This document shows, one piece after another, positions 26,673-41,900 of a stretch of 64,000 bases of DNA. The stretch is taken from contig OZ059899.1 of NCBI GenBank assembly GCA_964057225.1, forward strand, positions 3,348,001 to 3,412,000. The letters are read 5' to 3'. The translations under genes were made by a program, and so were the position numbers. The notes below the pieces were generated by a model, which searched no databases, was not told the DNA's origin, and was given only the letters and a program-made list of their open reading frames with translations. Each line of letters starts with the position of its first letter. Within the stretch, counting starts at the first letter, position 1. The stretch is from Auanema rhodensis. Lineage: Eukaryota > Animalia > Nematoda.

Positions 26673-29600
26673 TTTTGAAATTTTTCGAAAAAATTTTTGT
26701 CAAAATGTTTTTGGAAGCAATGTTGAGTGTACATGGAAACTCAACATACACTAATGCATCATTTTTCAAACGATCATAACTAATTTTTGTATTAAGCGTT
26801 TCTCAATGTAGTATAGTGCATTCGATGCGGATTTTTAAGCTGCGTCGATCTGTGTTATCAGATTTGCGCTAGCTTAAAAATGCACCGAGATATCAACTGA
26901 TATAAGTTCACACTTATATCCTCGATTTTCACCCTGAAGAAATAATTTTTTCGTTGAATAACATTGTCCATCGTCTTTGCCTTGAAAAAAGGAATCTAAA
27001 AACATCTTATTTTTGCTAAATTATTTTGAAATTTTTCGAAAAAATTTTTGTCAAAATGTTTTTGGAAGCAATGTTGAGTGTACATGGAAACTCAACATAC
27101 ACTAATGCATCATTTTTCAAACGATCATAACTAATTTTTGTATTAAGCGTTTCTCAATGTAGTATAGTGCATTCGATGCGGATTTTCAAGCTGCGTCGAT
27201 CTGTGTTATCAGATTTGCGCTAGCTTAAAAATGCACCGAGATATCAACTGATATAAGTTCACACATATATACCCGATTTTCACCCTGAAGAATTAATTTT
27301 TTCGTTAAATAACCTTGTCCATCGTCTTTGTCTTGAAAAATAAAATCTAAAAACATCTACTTTTTGCTAAATTATTTTGAAATTTTTCGAAAAAATTTTT
27401 GTCAAAATGTTTTTGGAAGCAATGTTGAGTGTACATGGAAACTCAACATATACTAATGCATCATTTTTCAAACGATCATAACTAATTTTTGTATCAAGTG
27501 TTTCTCAATGTAGTATAGTGCATTCGATGCGGATTTTTAAGCTGCGTCGATCTGTGTTATCAGATTTGCGCTAGCTTAAAAATGCACCGAGATATCAACT
27601 GATATAAGTTCACACTTATATCCTCGATTTTCACCCTGAAGAATTAATTTTTTCGTTGAATAACATTGTCTATCGTCTTTGCCTTGAGAAATGGAATCTA
27701 AAAACATCTACTTTTTGCTAAATTATTTTGAAATTTTTCGAAAAAATTTTTGTCAAAATGTTTTTGGAAGCAATGTTGAGTGTACATGGAAACTCAACAT
27801 ACACTAATGCATCATTTTTCAAACGATCATAACTAATTTTTGTATTAAGCGTTTCTCAATGTAGTATAGTGCATTCGATGCGGATTTTTAAGCTGCGTCG
27901 ATCTGTGTTATCAGATTTGCGCTAGCTTAAAAATGCACCGAGATATCAACTGATATAAGTTCACACTTATATCCTCGATTTTCACCCTGAAGAAATAATT
28001 TTTTCGTTGAATAACATTGTCCATCGTCTTTGCCTTGAAAAAAGGAATCTAAAAACATCTACTTTTTGCTAAATTATTTTGAAATTTTTCGAAAAAATTT
28101 TTGTCAAAATGTTTTTGGAAGCAATGTTGAGTGTACATGGAAACTCAACATACACTAATGCATCATTTTTCAAACGATCATAACTAATTTTTGTATTAAG
28201 CGTTTCTCAATGAAGTATAGTGCATTCGATGCGGATTTTTAAGCTGCGTCGATCTGTGTTTTCAGATTTGCGCTAGCTTAAAAATGCACCGAGATATCAA
28301 CTGATATATGTTCACACTTATATCCTCGATTTTCACCCTGAAGAATTAATTTTTTCGTTGAATAACATTGTCCATCGTCTTTGCCTTGAAAAATGGAATC
28401 TAAAAACATCTACTTTTTGCTAAATTATTTTGAAATTTTTCGAAAAAATTTTTGTCAAAATGTTTTTGGAAGCAATGTTGAGTGTACATGGAAACTCAAC
28501 ATACACTAATGCATCATTTTTCAAACGATCATAACTAATTTTTGTATTAAGCGTTTCTCAATGTAGTATAGTGCATTCGATGCGGATTTTTAAGCTGCGT
28601 CGATCTGTGTTATCAGATTTGCGCTAGCTTAAAAATGCACCGAGATATCAACTGATATAAGTTCACACTTATATCCTCGATTTTCACCCTGAAGAATTAA
28701 TTTTTTCGTTGAATAACATTGTCTATCGTCTTTGCCTTGAGAAATGGAATCTAAAAACATCTACTTTTTGCTAAATTATTTTGAAATTTTTCGAAAAAAT
28801 TTTTGTCAAAATGTTTTTGGAAGCAATGTTGAGTGTACATGGAAACTCAACATACACTAATGCATCATTTTTCAAACGATCATAACTAATTTTTGTATTA
28901 AGCGTTTCTCAATGTAGTATAGTGCATTCGATGCGGATTTTTAAGCTGCGTCGATCTGTGTTATCAGATTTGCGCTAGCTTAAAAATGCACCGAGATATC
29001 AACTGATATAAGTTCACACTTATATCCTCGATTTTCACCCTGAAGAAATAATTTTTTCGTTGAATAACATTGTCCATCGTCTTTGCCTTGAAAAAAGGAA
29101 TCTAAAAACATCTTATTTTTGCTAAATTATTTTGAAATTTTTCGAAAAAATTTTTGTCAAAATGTTTTTGGAAGCAATGTTGAGTGTACATGGAAACTCA
29201 ACATACACTAATGCATCATTTTTCAAACGATCATAACTAATTTTTGTATTAAGCGTTTCTCAATGTAGTATAGTGCATTCGATGCGGATTTTCAAGCTGC
29301 GTCGATCTGTGTTATCAGATTTGCGCTAGCTTAAAAATGCACCGAGATATCAACTGATATAAGTTCACACATATATACCCGATTTTCACCCTGAAGAATT
29401 AATTTTTTCGTTAAATAACCTTGTCCATCGTCTTTGTCTTGAAAAATAAAATCTAAAAACATCTACTTTTTGCTAAATTATTTTGAAATTTTTCGAAAAA
29501 ATTTTTGTCAAAATGTTTTTGGAAGCAATGTTGAGTGTACATGGAAACTCAACATATACTAATGCATCATTTTTCAAACGATCATAACTAATTTTTGTAT

Positions 29601-30884
29601 CAAGTGTTTCTCAATGTAGTATAGTGCATTCGATGCGGATTTTTAAGCTGCGTCGATCTGTGTTATCAGATTTGCGCTAGCTTAAAAATGCACCGAGATA
29701 TCAACTGATATAAGTTCACACTTATATCCTCGATTTTCACCCTGAAGAATTAATTTTTTCGTTGAATAACATTGTCTATCGTCTTTGCCTTGAGAAATGG
29801 AATCTAAAAACATCTACTTTTTGCTAAATTATTTTGAAATTTTTCGAAAAAATTTTTGTCAAAATGTGTTTGGAAGCAATGTTGAGTGTACATGGAAACT
29901 CAACATACACTAATGCATCATTTTTCAAACGATCATAACTAATTTTTGTATTAAGCGTTTCTCAATGTAGTATAGTGCATTCGATGCGGATTTTTAAGCT
30001 GCGTCGATCTGTGTTATCAGATTTGCGCTAGCTTAAAAATGCACCGAGATATCAACTGATATAAGTTCACACTTATATCCTCGATTTTCACCCTGAAGAA
30101 ATAATTTTTTCGTTGAATAACATTGTCCATCGTCTTTGCCTTGAAAAAAGGAATCTAAAAACATCTACTTTTTGCTAAATTATTTTGAAATTTTTCGAAA
30201 AAATTTTTGTCAAAATGTTTTTGGAAGCAATGTTGAGTGTACATGGAAACTCAACATACACTAATGCATCATTTTTCAAACGATCATAACTAATTTTTGT
30301 ATTAAGCGTTTCTCAATGAAGTATAGTGCATTCGATGCGGATTTTTAAGCTGCGTCGATCTGTGTTTTCAGATTTGCGCTAGCTTAAAAATGCACCGAGA
30401 TATCAACTGATATATGTTCACACTTATATCCTCGATTTTCACCCTGAAGAATTAATTTTTTCGTTGAATAACATTGTCCATCGTCTTTGCCTTGAAAAAT
30501 GGAATCTAAAAACATCTACTTTTTGCTAAATTATTTTGAAATTTTTCGAAAAAATTTTTGTCAAAATGTTTTTGGAAGCAATGTTGAGTGTACATGGAAA
30601 CTCAACATACACTAATGCATCATTTTTCAAACGATCATAACTAATTTTTGTATTAAGCGTTTCTCAATGTAGTATAGTGCATTCGATGCGGATTTTTAAG
30701 CTGCGTCGATCTGTGTTATCAGATTTGCGCTAGCTTAAAAATGCACCGAGATATCAACTGATATAAGTTCACACTTATATCCTCGATTTTCACCCTGAAG
30801 AATTAATTTTTTCGTTGAATAACATTGTCTATCGTCTTTGCCTTGAGAAATGGAATCTAAAAACATCTACTTTTTGCTAAATTA
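26673..30884. repeat. 6-monomer (2106 bp) tandem duplication
   Basis: m77-m82 match m83-m88; catcttattt at 27008/29114. Confidence 0.88.
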
Positions 30885-32990
30885 TTTTGAAATTTTTCGA
30901 AAAAATTTTTGTCAAAATGTTTTTGGAAGCAATGTTGAGTGTACATGGAAACTCAACATACACTAATGCATCATTTTTCAAACGATCATAACTAATTTTT
31001 GTATTAAGCGTTTCTCAATGTAGTATAGTGCATTCGATGCGGATTTTTAAGCTGCGTCGATCTGTGTTATCAGATTTGCGCTAGCTTAAAAATGCACCGA
31101 GATATCAACTGATATAAGTTCACACTTATATCCTCGATTTTCACCCTGAAGAAATAATTTTTTCGTTGAATAACATTGTCCATCGTCTTTGCCTTGAAAA
31201 AAGGAATCTAAAAACATCTACTTTTTGCTAAATTATTTTGAAATTTTTCGAAAAAATTTTTGTCAAAATGTTTTTGGAAGCAATGTTGAGTGTACATGGA
31301 AACTCAACATACACTAATGCATCATTTTTCAAACGATCATAACTAATTTTTGTATTAAGCGTTTCTCAATGAAGTATAGTGCATTCGATGCGGATTTTTA
31401 AGCTGCGTCGATCTGTGTTTTCAGATTTGCGCTAGCTTAAAAATGCACCGAGATATCAACTGATATATGTTCACACTTATATCCTCGATTTTCACCCTGA
31501 AGAATTAATTTTTTCGTTGAATAACATTGTCCATCGTCTTTGCCTTGAAAAATGGAATCTAAAAACATCTACTTTTTGCTAAATTATTTTGAAATTTTTC
31601 GAAAAAATTTTTGTCAAAATGTTTTTGGAAGCAATGTTGAGTGTACATGGAAACTCAACATACACTAATGCATCATTTTTCAAACGATCATAACTAATTT
31701 TTGTATTAAGCGTTTCTCAATGTAGTATAGTGCATTCGATGCGGATTTTTAAGCTGCGTCGATCTGTGTTATCAGATTTGCGCTAGCTTAAAAATGCACC
31801 GAGATATCAACTGATATAAGTTCACACTTATATCCTCGATTTTCACCCTGAAGAATTAATTTTTTCGTTGAATAACATTGTCTATCGTCTTTGCCTTGAG
31901 AAATGGAATCTAAAAACATCTACTTTTTGCTAAATTATTTTGAAATTTTTCGAAAAAATTTTTGTCAAAATGTTTTTGGAAGCAATGTTGAGTGTACATG
32001 GAAACTCAACATACACTAATGCATCATTTTTCAAACGATCATAACTAATTTTTGTATTAAGCGTTTCTCAATGTAGTATAGTGCATTCGATGCGGATTTT
32101 TAAGCTGCGTCGATCTGTGTTATCAGATTTGCGCTAGCTTAAAAATGCACCGAGATATCAACTGATATAAGTTCACACTTATATCCTCGATTTTCACCCT
32201 GAAGAAATAATTTTTTCGTTGAATAACATTGTCCATCGTCTTTGCCTTGAAAAAAGGAATCTAAAAACATCTACTTTTTGCTAAATTATTTTGAAATTTT
32301 TCGAAAAAATTTTTGTCAAAATGTTTTTGGAAGCAATGTTGAGTGTACATGGAAACTCAACATACACTAATGCATCATTTTTCAAACGATCATAACTAAT
32401 TTTTGTATTAAGCGTTTCTCAATGAAGTATAGTGCATTCGATGCGGATTTTTAAGCTGCGTCGATCTGTGTTTTCAGATTTGCGCTAGCTTAAAAATGCA
32501 CCGAGATATCAACTGATATATGTTCACACTTATATCCTCGATTTTCACCCTGAAGAATTAATTTTTTCGTTGAATAACATTGTCCATCGTCTTTGCCTTG
32601 AAAAATGGAATCTAAAAACATCTACTTTTTGCTAAATTATTTTGAAATTTTTCGAAAAAATTTTTGTCAAAATGTTTTTGGAAGCAATGTTGAGTGTACA
32701 TGGAAACTCAACATACACTAATGCATCATTTTTCAAACGATCATAACTAATTTTTGTATTAAGCGTTTCTCAATGTAGTATAGTGCATTCGATGCGGATT
32801 TTTAAGCTGCGTCGATCTGTGTTATCAGATTTGCGCTAGCTTAAAAATGCACCGAGATATCAACTGATATAAGTTCACACTTATATCCTCGATTTTCACC
32901 CTGAAGAATTAATTTTTTCGTTGAATAACATTGTCTATCGTCTTTGCCTTGAGAAATGGAATCTAAAAACATCTACTTTTTGCTAAATTA
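29832..32990. repeat. 3-monomer (1053 bp) higher-order repeat, 3 tandem copies
   Basis: The aatgaagt+gtgttttca+tatatgtt monomer occurs at m87, m90, m93 (and m81), each flanked by gaaata/aaagg and tctat/gagaaa monomers. Confidence 0.9.
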
Positions 32991-35900
32991 TTTTGAAATT
33001 TTTCGAAAAAATTTTTGTCAAAATGTTTTTGGAAGCAATGTTGAGTGTACATGGAAACTCAACATACACTAATGCATCATTTTTCAAACGATCATAACTA
33101 ATTTTTGTATTAAACGTTTCTCAATGTAGTATAGTGCATTCGATGCGGATTTTTAAGCTGCGTCGATCTGTGTTATCAGATTTGCGCTAGCTTAAAAATG
33201 CACCGAGATATCAACTGATATAAGTTCACACTTATATCCTCGATTTTCACCCTGAAGAAATAATTTTTTCGTTGAATAACATTGTCCATCGTCTTTGCCT
33301 TGAAAAAAGGAATCTAAAAACATCTACTTTTTGCTAAATTATTTTGAAATTTTTCGAAAAAATTTTTGTCAAAATGTTTTTGGAAGCAATGTTGAGTGTA
33401 CATGGAAACTCAACATACACTAATGCATCATTTTTCAAACGATCATAACCAATTTTTGTATTAAGCGTTTCTCAATGTAGTATAGTGCATTCGATGCGGA
33501 TTTTTAAGCTGCGTCGATCTGTGTTATCAGATTTGCGCTAGCTTAAAAATGCACCGAGATATCAACTGATATATGTTCACACTTATATCCTCGATTTTCA
33601 CCCTGAAGAATTAATTTTTTCGTTGAATAACATTGTCCATCGTCTTTGCCTTGAAAAATGGAATCTAAAAACATCTACTTTTTGCTAAATTATTTTGAAA
33701 TTTTTCGAAAAAATTTTTGTCAAAATGTTTTTGGAAGCAATGTTGAGTGTACATGGAAACTCAACATACACTAATGCATCATTTTTCAAACGATCATAAC
33801 TAATTTTTGTATTAAGCGTTTCTCAATGTAGTATAGTGCATTCGATGCGGATTTTTAAGCTGCGTCGATCTGTGTTATCAGATTTGCGCTAGCTTAAAAA
33901 TGCACCGAGATATCAACTGATATAAGTTCACACTTATATCCTCGATTTTCACCCTGAAGAATTAATTTTTTCGTTGAATAACATTGTCTATCGTTTTTGC
34001 CTTGAGAAATGGAATCTAAAAACATCTACTTTTTGCTAAATTATTTTGAAATTTTTCGAAAAAATTTTTGTCAAAATGTTTTTGGAAGCAATGTTGAGTG
34101 TACATGGAAACTCAACATACACTAATGCATCATTTTTCAAACGATCATAACTAATTTTTGTATTAAACGTTTCTCAATGTAGTATAGTGCATTCGATGCG
34201 GATTTTTAAGCTGCGTCGATCTGTGTTATCAGATTTGCGCTAGCTTAAAAATGCACCGAGATATCAACTGATATAAGTTCACACTTATATCCTCGATTTT
34301 CACCCAGAAGAAATAATTTTTTCGTTGAATAACATTGTCCATCGTCTTTGCCTTGAAAAAAGGAATCTAAAAACATCTACTTTTTGCTAAATTATTTTGA
34401 AATTTTTCGAAAAAATTTTTGTCAAAATGTTTTTGGAAGCAATGTTGAGTGTACATGGAAACTCAACATACACTAATGCATCATTTTTCAAACGATCATA
34501 ACCAATTTTTGTATTAAGCGTTTCTCAATGTAGTATAGTGCATTCGATGCGGATTTTTAAGCTGCGTCGATCTGTGTTATCAGATTTGCGCTAGCTTAAA
34601 AATGCACCGAGATATCAACTGATATAAGTTCACACTTATATCCTCGATTTTCACCCTGAAGAATTAATTTTTTCGTTGAATAACATTGTCTATCGTCTTT
34701 GCCTTGAGAAATGGAATCTAAAAACATCTACTTTTTGCTAAATTATTCTGAAATTTTTCGAAAAAATTTTTGTCAAAATGTTTTTGGAAGCAATGTTGAG
34801 TGTACATGGAAACTCAACATACACTAATGCATCATTTTTCAAACGATCATAACTAATTTTTGTATTAAACGTTTCTCAATGTAGTATAGTGCATTCGATG
34901 CGGATTTTTAAGCTGCGTCGATCTGTGTTATCAGATTTGCGCTAGCTTAAAAATGCACCGAGATATCAACTGATATAAGTTCACACTTATATCCTCGATT
35001 TTCACCCTGAAGAAATAATTTTTTCGTTGAATAACATTGTCCATCGTCTTTGCCTTGAAAAAAGGAATCTAAAAACATCTACTTTTTCTAAATTATTTTG
35101 AAATTTTTCGAAAAAATTTTTGTCAAAATGTTTTTGGAAGCAATGTTGAGTGTACATGGAAACTCAACATACACTAATGCATCATTTTTCAAACGATCAT
35201 AACCAATTTTTGTATTAAGCGTTTCTCAATGTAGTATAGTGCATTCGATGCGGATTTTTAAGCTGCGTCGATCTGTGTTATCAGATTTGCGCTAGCTTAA
35301 AAATGCACCGAGATATCAACTGATATAAGTTCACACTTATATCCTCGATTTTCACCCTGAAAAAATAATTTTTTCGTTGAATAACATTGTCCATCGTCTT
35401 TGCCTTGAAAAAAGGAATCTAAAAACATCTACTTTTTGCTAAATTATTTTGAAATTTTTCGAAAAAATTTTTGTCAAAATGTTTTTGGAAGCAATGTTGA
35501 GTGTACATGGAAACTCAACATACACTAATGCATCATTTTTCAAACGATCATAACTAATTTTTGTATTAAACGTTTCTCAATGTAGTATAGTGCATTCGAT
35601 GCGGATTTTTAAGCTGCGTCGATCTGTGTTATCAGATTTGCGCTAGCTTAAAAATGCACCGAGATATCAACTGATATAAGTTCACACTTATATCCTCGAT
35701 TTTCACCCTGAAGAAATAATTTTTTCGTTGAATAACATTGTCCATCGTCTTTGCCTTGAAAAAAGGAATCTAAAAACATCTACTTTTTGCTAAATTATTT
35801 TGAAATTTTTCGAAAAAATTTTTGTCAAAATGTTTTTGGAAGCAATGTTGAGTGTACATGGAAACTCAACATACACTAATGCATCATTTTTCAAACGATC

Positions 35901-38900
35901 ATAACTAATTTTTGTATTAAGCGTTTCTCAATGTAGTATAGTGCATTCGATGCGGATTTTTAAGCTGCGTCGATCTGTGTTATCAGATTTGCGCTAGCTT
36001 AAAAATGCACCGAGATATCAACTGATATAAGTTCACACTTATATCCTCGATTTTCACCCTGAAGAATTAATTTTTTCGTTGAATAACATTGTCTATCGTC
36101 TTTGCCTTGAAAAATGGAATCTAAAAACATCTACTTTTTGCTGAATTATTTTGAAATTTTTCGAAAAAATTTTTGTCAAAATGTTTTTGGAAGCAATGTT
36201 GAGTGTACATGGAAACTCAACATATACTAATGCATCATTTTTCAAACGATCATAACTAATTTTTGTATTAAGCGTTTCTCAATGTAGTATAGTGCATTCG
36301 ATGCGGATTTTTAAGCTGCGTCGATCTGTGTTATCAGATTTGCGCTAGCTTAAAAATGCACCGAGATATCAACTGATATAAGTTCACACATATATACCCG
36401 ATTTTCACCCTGAAGAATTAATTTTTTCGTTAAATAACCTTGTCCATCGTCTTTGTCTTGAAAAATAGAATCTTAAAACATCTACTTTTTGCTAAATTAT
36501 TTTGAAATTTTTCGAAAAAATTTTTGTCAAAATGTTTTTGGAAGCAATGTTGAGTGTACATGGAAACTCAACATATACTAATGCATCATTTTTCAAACGA
36601 TCATAACTAATTTTTGTATCAAGTGTTTCTCAATGTAGTATAGTGCATTCGATGCGGATTTTTAAGCTGCGTCGATCTGTGTTATCAGATTTGCGCTAGC
36701 TTAAAAATGCACCGAGATATCAACTGATATAAGTTCACACTTATATCCTCGATTTTCACCCTGAATAATTAATTTTTTCGTTGAATAACATTGTCTATCG
36801 TCTTTGCCTTGAGAAATGGAATCTAAAAACATCTACTTTTTGCTAAATTATTTTGAAATTTTTTGAAAAAATTTTTGTCAAAATGTTTTTGGAAGCAATG
36901 TTGAGTGTACATGGAAACTCAACATACACTAATGCATCATTTTTCAAACGATGATAACTAATTTTTGTATTAAGTGTTTCTCAATGTAGTATAGTGCATT
37001 CGATGCGGATTTTTAAGCTGCTTCGATCTGTGTTATCAGATTTGCGCTAGCTTAAAAATGCACCGAGATATCAACTGATATAAGTTCACACTTATATCCT
37101 CGATTTTCACCCTGAAGAAATAATTTTTTCGTTGAATAACATTGTCCATCGTCTTTGCCTTGAAAAAAGGAATCTAAAAACATCTACTTTTTGCTAAATT
37201 ATTTTGAAATTTTTCGAAAAAATTTTTGTCAAAATGTTTTTGGAAGCAATGTTGAGTGTACATGGAAACTCAACATACACTAATGCATCATTTTTCAAAC
37301 GATCATAACTAATTTTTGTATTAAGCGTTTCTCAATGTAGTATAGTGCATTCGATGCGGATTTTTAAGCTGCGTCGATCTGTGTTATCAGATTTGCGCTA
37401 GCTTAAAAATGCACCGAGATATCAACTGATATAAGTTCACACTTATATCCTCGATTTTCACCCTGAAGAATTAATTTTTTCGTTGAATAACATTGTCCAT
37501 CGTCTTTGCCTTGAAAAATGGAATCTAAAAACATCTACTTTTTGCTAAATTATTTTGAAATTTTTCGAAAAAATTTTTGTCAAAATGTTTTTGGAAGCAA
37601 TGTTGAGTGTACATGGAAACTCAACATACACTAATGCATCATTTTTCAAACGATCATAACTAATTTTTGTATTAAGCGTTTCTCAATGTAGTATAGTGCA
37701 TTCGATGCGGATTTTCAAGCTGCGTCGATCTGTGTTATCAGATTTGCGCTAGCTTAAAAATGCACCGAGATATCAACTGATATAAGTTCACACATATATA
37801 CCCGATTTTCACCCTGAAGAATTAATTTTTTCGTTAAATAACCTTGTCCATCGTTTTTGTCTTAAAAAATAGAATCTAAAAACATCTACTTTTTGCTAAA
37901 TTATTTTGAAATTTTTCGAAAAAATTTTTGTCAAAATGTTTTTGGAAGCAATGTTGAGTGTACATGGAAACTCAACATACACTAATGCATCATTTTTCAA
38001 ACGATCATAACTAATTTTTGTATTAAGCGTTTCTCAATGTAGTATAGTGCATTCGATGCGGATTTTCAAGCTGCGTCGATCTGTGTTATCAGATTTGCGC
38101 TAGCTTAAAAATGCACCGAGATATCAACTGATATAAGTTCACACATATATACCCGATTTTCACCCTGAAGAATTAATTTTTTCGTTAAATAACCTTGTCC
38201 ATCGTCTTTGTCTTGAAAAATAGAATCTAAAAACATCTACTTTTTGCTAAATTATTTTGAAATTTTTCGAAAAAATTTTTGTCAAAATGTTTTTGGAAGC
38301 AATGTTGAGTGTACATGGAAACTCAACATACACTAATGCATCATTTTTCAAACGATCATAACTAATTTTTGTATCAAGTGTTTCTCAATGTAGTATAGTG
38401 CATTCGATGCGGATTTTTAAGCTGCGTCGATCTGTGTTATCAGATTTGCGCTAGCTTAAAAATGCACCGAGATATCAACTGATATAAGTTCACACATATA
38501 TACCCGATTTTCACCCTGAAGAATTAATTTTTTCGTTAAATAACCTTGTCCATCGTTTTTGTCTTAAAAAATAGAATCATAAAACATCTACTTTTTGCTA
38601 AATTATTTTGAAATTTTTCGAAAAAATTTTTGTCAAAATGTTTTTGGAAGCAATGTTGAGTGTACATGGAAACTCAACATACACTAATGCATCATTTTTC
38701 AAACGATCATAACTAATTTTTGTATTAAGCGTTTCTCAATGTAGTATAGTGCATTCGATGCGGATTTTCAAGCTGCGTCGATCTGTGTTATCAGATTTGC
38801 GCTAGCTTAAAAATGCACCGAGATATCAACTGATATAAGTTCACACATATATACCCGATTTTCACCCTGAAGAATTAATTTTTTCGTTAAATAACCTTGT

Positions 38901-41900
38901 CCATCGTTTTTGTCTTAAAAAATAGAATCTAAAAACATCTACTTTTTGCTAAGTTATTTTGAAATTTTTCGAAAAAATTTTTGTCAAAATGTTTTTGGAA
39001 GCAATGTTGAGTGTACATGGAAACTCAACATACACTAATGCATCATTTTTCAAACGATCATAACTAATTTTTGTATTAAGCGTTTCTCAATGTAGTATAG
39101 TGCATTCGATGCGGATTTTCAAGCTGCGTCGATCTGTGTTATCAGATTTGCGCTAGCTTAAAAATGCACCGAGATATCAACTGATATAAGTTCACACATA
39201 TATACCCGATTTTCACCCTGAAGAATTAATTTTTTCGTTAAATAACCTTGTCCATCGTTTTTGTCTTGAAAAATAGAATCTTAAAACATCTACTTTTTGC
39301 TAAATTATTTTGAAATTTTTCGAAAAAATTTTTGTCAAAATGTTTTTGGAAGCAATGTTGAGTGTACATGGAAACTCAACATATACTAATGCATCATTTT
39401 TCAAACGATCATAACTAATTTTTGTATCAAGTGTTTCTCAATGTAGTATAGTGCATTCGATGCGGATTTTTAAGCTGCGTCGATCTGTGTTATCAGATTT
39501 GCGCTAGCTTAAAAATGCACCGAGATATCAACTGATATAAGTTCACACTTATATCCTCGATTTTCACCCTGAATAATTAATTTTTTCGTTGAATAACATT
39601 GTCTATCGTCTTTGCCTTGAGAAATGGAATCTAAAAACATCTACTTTTTGCTAAATTATTTTGAAATTTTTTGAAAAAATTTTTGTCAAAATGTTTTTGG
39701 AAGCAATGTTGAGTGTACATGGAAACTCAACATACACTAATGCATCATTTTTCAAACGATGATAACTAATTTTTGTATTAAGCGTTTCTCAATGTAGTAT
39801 AGTGCATTCGATGCGGATTTTTAAGCTGCGTCGATCTGTGTTATCAGATTTGCGCTAGCTTAAAAATGCACCGAGATATCAACTGATATAAGTTCACACT
39901 TATATCCTCGATTTTCACCCTGAATAATTAATTTTTTCGTTGAATAACATTGTCTATCGTCTTTGCCTTGAGAAATGGAATCTAAAAACATCTACTTTTT
40001 GCTAAATTATTTTGAAATTTTTCGAATAAATTTTTGTCAAAATGTTTTTGGAAGCAATGTTGAGTGTACATGGAAACTCAACATACACTAATGCATCATT
40101 TTTCAAACGATCATAACTAATTTTTGTATTAAGCGTTTCTCAATGTAGTATAGTGCATTCGATGCGGATTTTTAAGCTGCTTCGATCTGTGTTATCAGAT
40201 TTGCGCTAGCTTAAAAATGCACCGAGATATCAACTGATATAAGTTCACACTTATATCCTCGATTTTCACCCTGAAGAAATAATTTTTTCGTTGAATAACA
40301 TTGTCCATCGTCTTTGCCTTGAAAAAAGGAATCTAAAAACATCTACTTTTTGCTAAATTATTTTGAATTTTTCGAAAAAATTTTTGTCAAAATGTTTTTG
40401 GAAGCAATGTTGAGTGTACATGGAAACTCAACATACACTAATGCATCATTTTTCAAACGATCATAACTAATTTTTGTATTAAGCGTTTCTCAATGTAGTA
40501 TAGTGCATTCGATGCGGATTTTTAAGCTGCGTCGATCTGTGTTATCAGATTTGCGCTAGCTTAAAAATGCACCGAGATATCAACTGATATAAGTTCACAC
40601 TTATATCCTCGATTTTCACCCTGAAGAATTAATTTTTTCGTTGAATAACATTGTCCATCGTCTTTGCCTTGAAAAATGGAATCTAAAAACATCTACTTTT
40701 TGCTAAATTATTCTGAAATTTTTCGAAAAAATTTTTGTCAAAATGTTTTTGGAAGCAATGTTGAGTGTACATGGAAACTCAACATACACTAATGCATCAT
40801 TTTTCAAACGATCATAACTAATTTTTGTATTAAGCGTTTCTCAATGTAGTATAGTGCATTCGATGCGGATTTTCAAGCTGCGTCGATCTGTGTTATCAGA
40901 TTTGCGCTAGCTTAAAAATGCACCGAGATATCAACTGATATAAGTTCACACATATATACCCGATTTTCACCCTGAAGAATTAATTTTTTCGTTAAATAAC
41001 CTTGTCCATCGTTTTTGTCTTAAAAAATAGAATCTAAAAACATCTACTTTTTGCTAAATTATTTTGAAATTTTTCGAAAAAATTTTTGTCAAAATGTTTT
41101 TGGAAGCAATGTTGAGTGTACATGGAAACTCAACATACACTAATGCATCATTTTTCAAACGATCATAACTAATTTTTGTATTAAGCGTTTCTCAATGTAG
41201 TATAGTGCATTCGATGCGGATTTTCAAGCTGCGTCGATCTGTGTTATCAGATTTGCGCTAGCTTAAAAATGCACCGAGATATCAACTGATATAAGTTCAC
41301 ACATATATACCCGATTTTCACCCTGAAGAATTAATTTTTTCGTTAAATAACCTTGTCCATCGTCTTTGTCTTGAAAAATAGAATCTAAAAACATCTACTT
41401 TTTGCTAAATTATTTTGAAATTTTTCGAAAAAATTTTTGTCAAAATGTTTTTGGAAGCAATGTTGAGTGTACATGGAAACTCAACATACACTAATGCATC
41501 ATTTTTCAAACGATCATAACTAATTTTTGTATCAAGTGTTTCTCAATGTAGTATAGTGCATTCGATGCGGATTTTTAAGCTGCGTCGATCTGTGTTATCA
41601 GATTTGCGCTAGCTTAAAAATGCACCGAGATATCAACTGATATAAGTTCACACATATATACCCGATTTTCACCCTGAAGAATTAATTTTTTCGTTAAATA
41701 ACCTTGTCCATCGTTTTTGTCTTAAAAAATAGAATCATAAAACATCTACTTTTTGCTAAATTATTCTGAAATTTTTCGAAAAAATTTTTGTCAAAATGTT
41801 TTTGGAAGCAATGTTGAGTGTACATGGAAACTCAACATACACTAATGCATCATTTTTCAAACGATCATAACTAATTTTTGTATTAAGCGTTTCTCAATGT

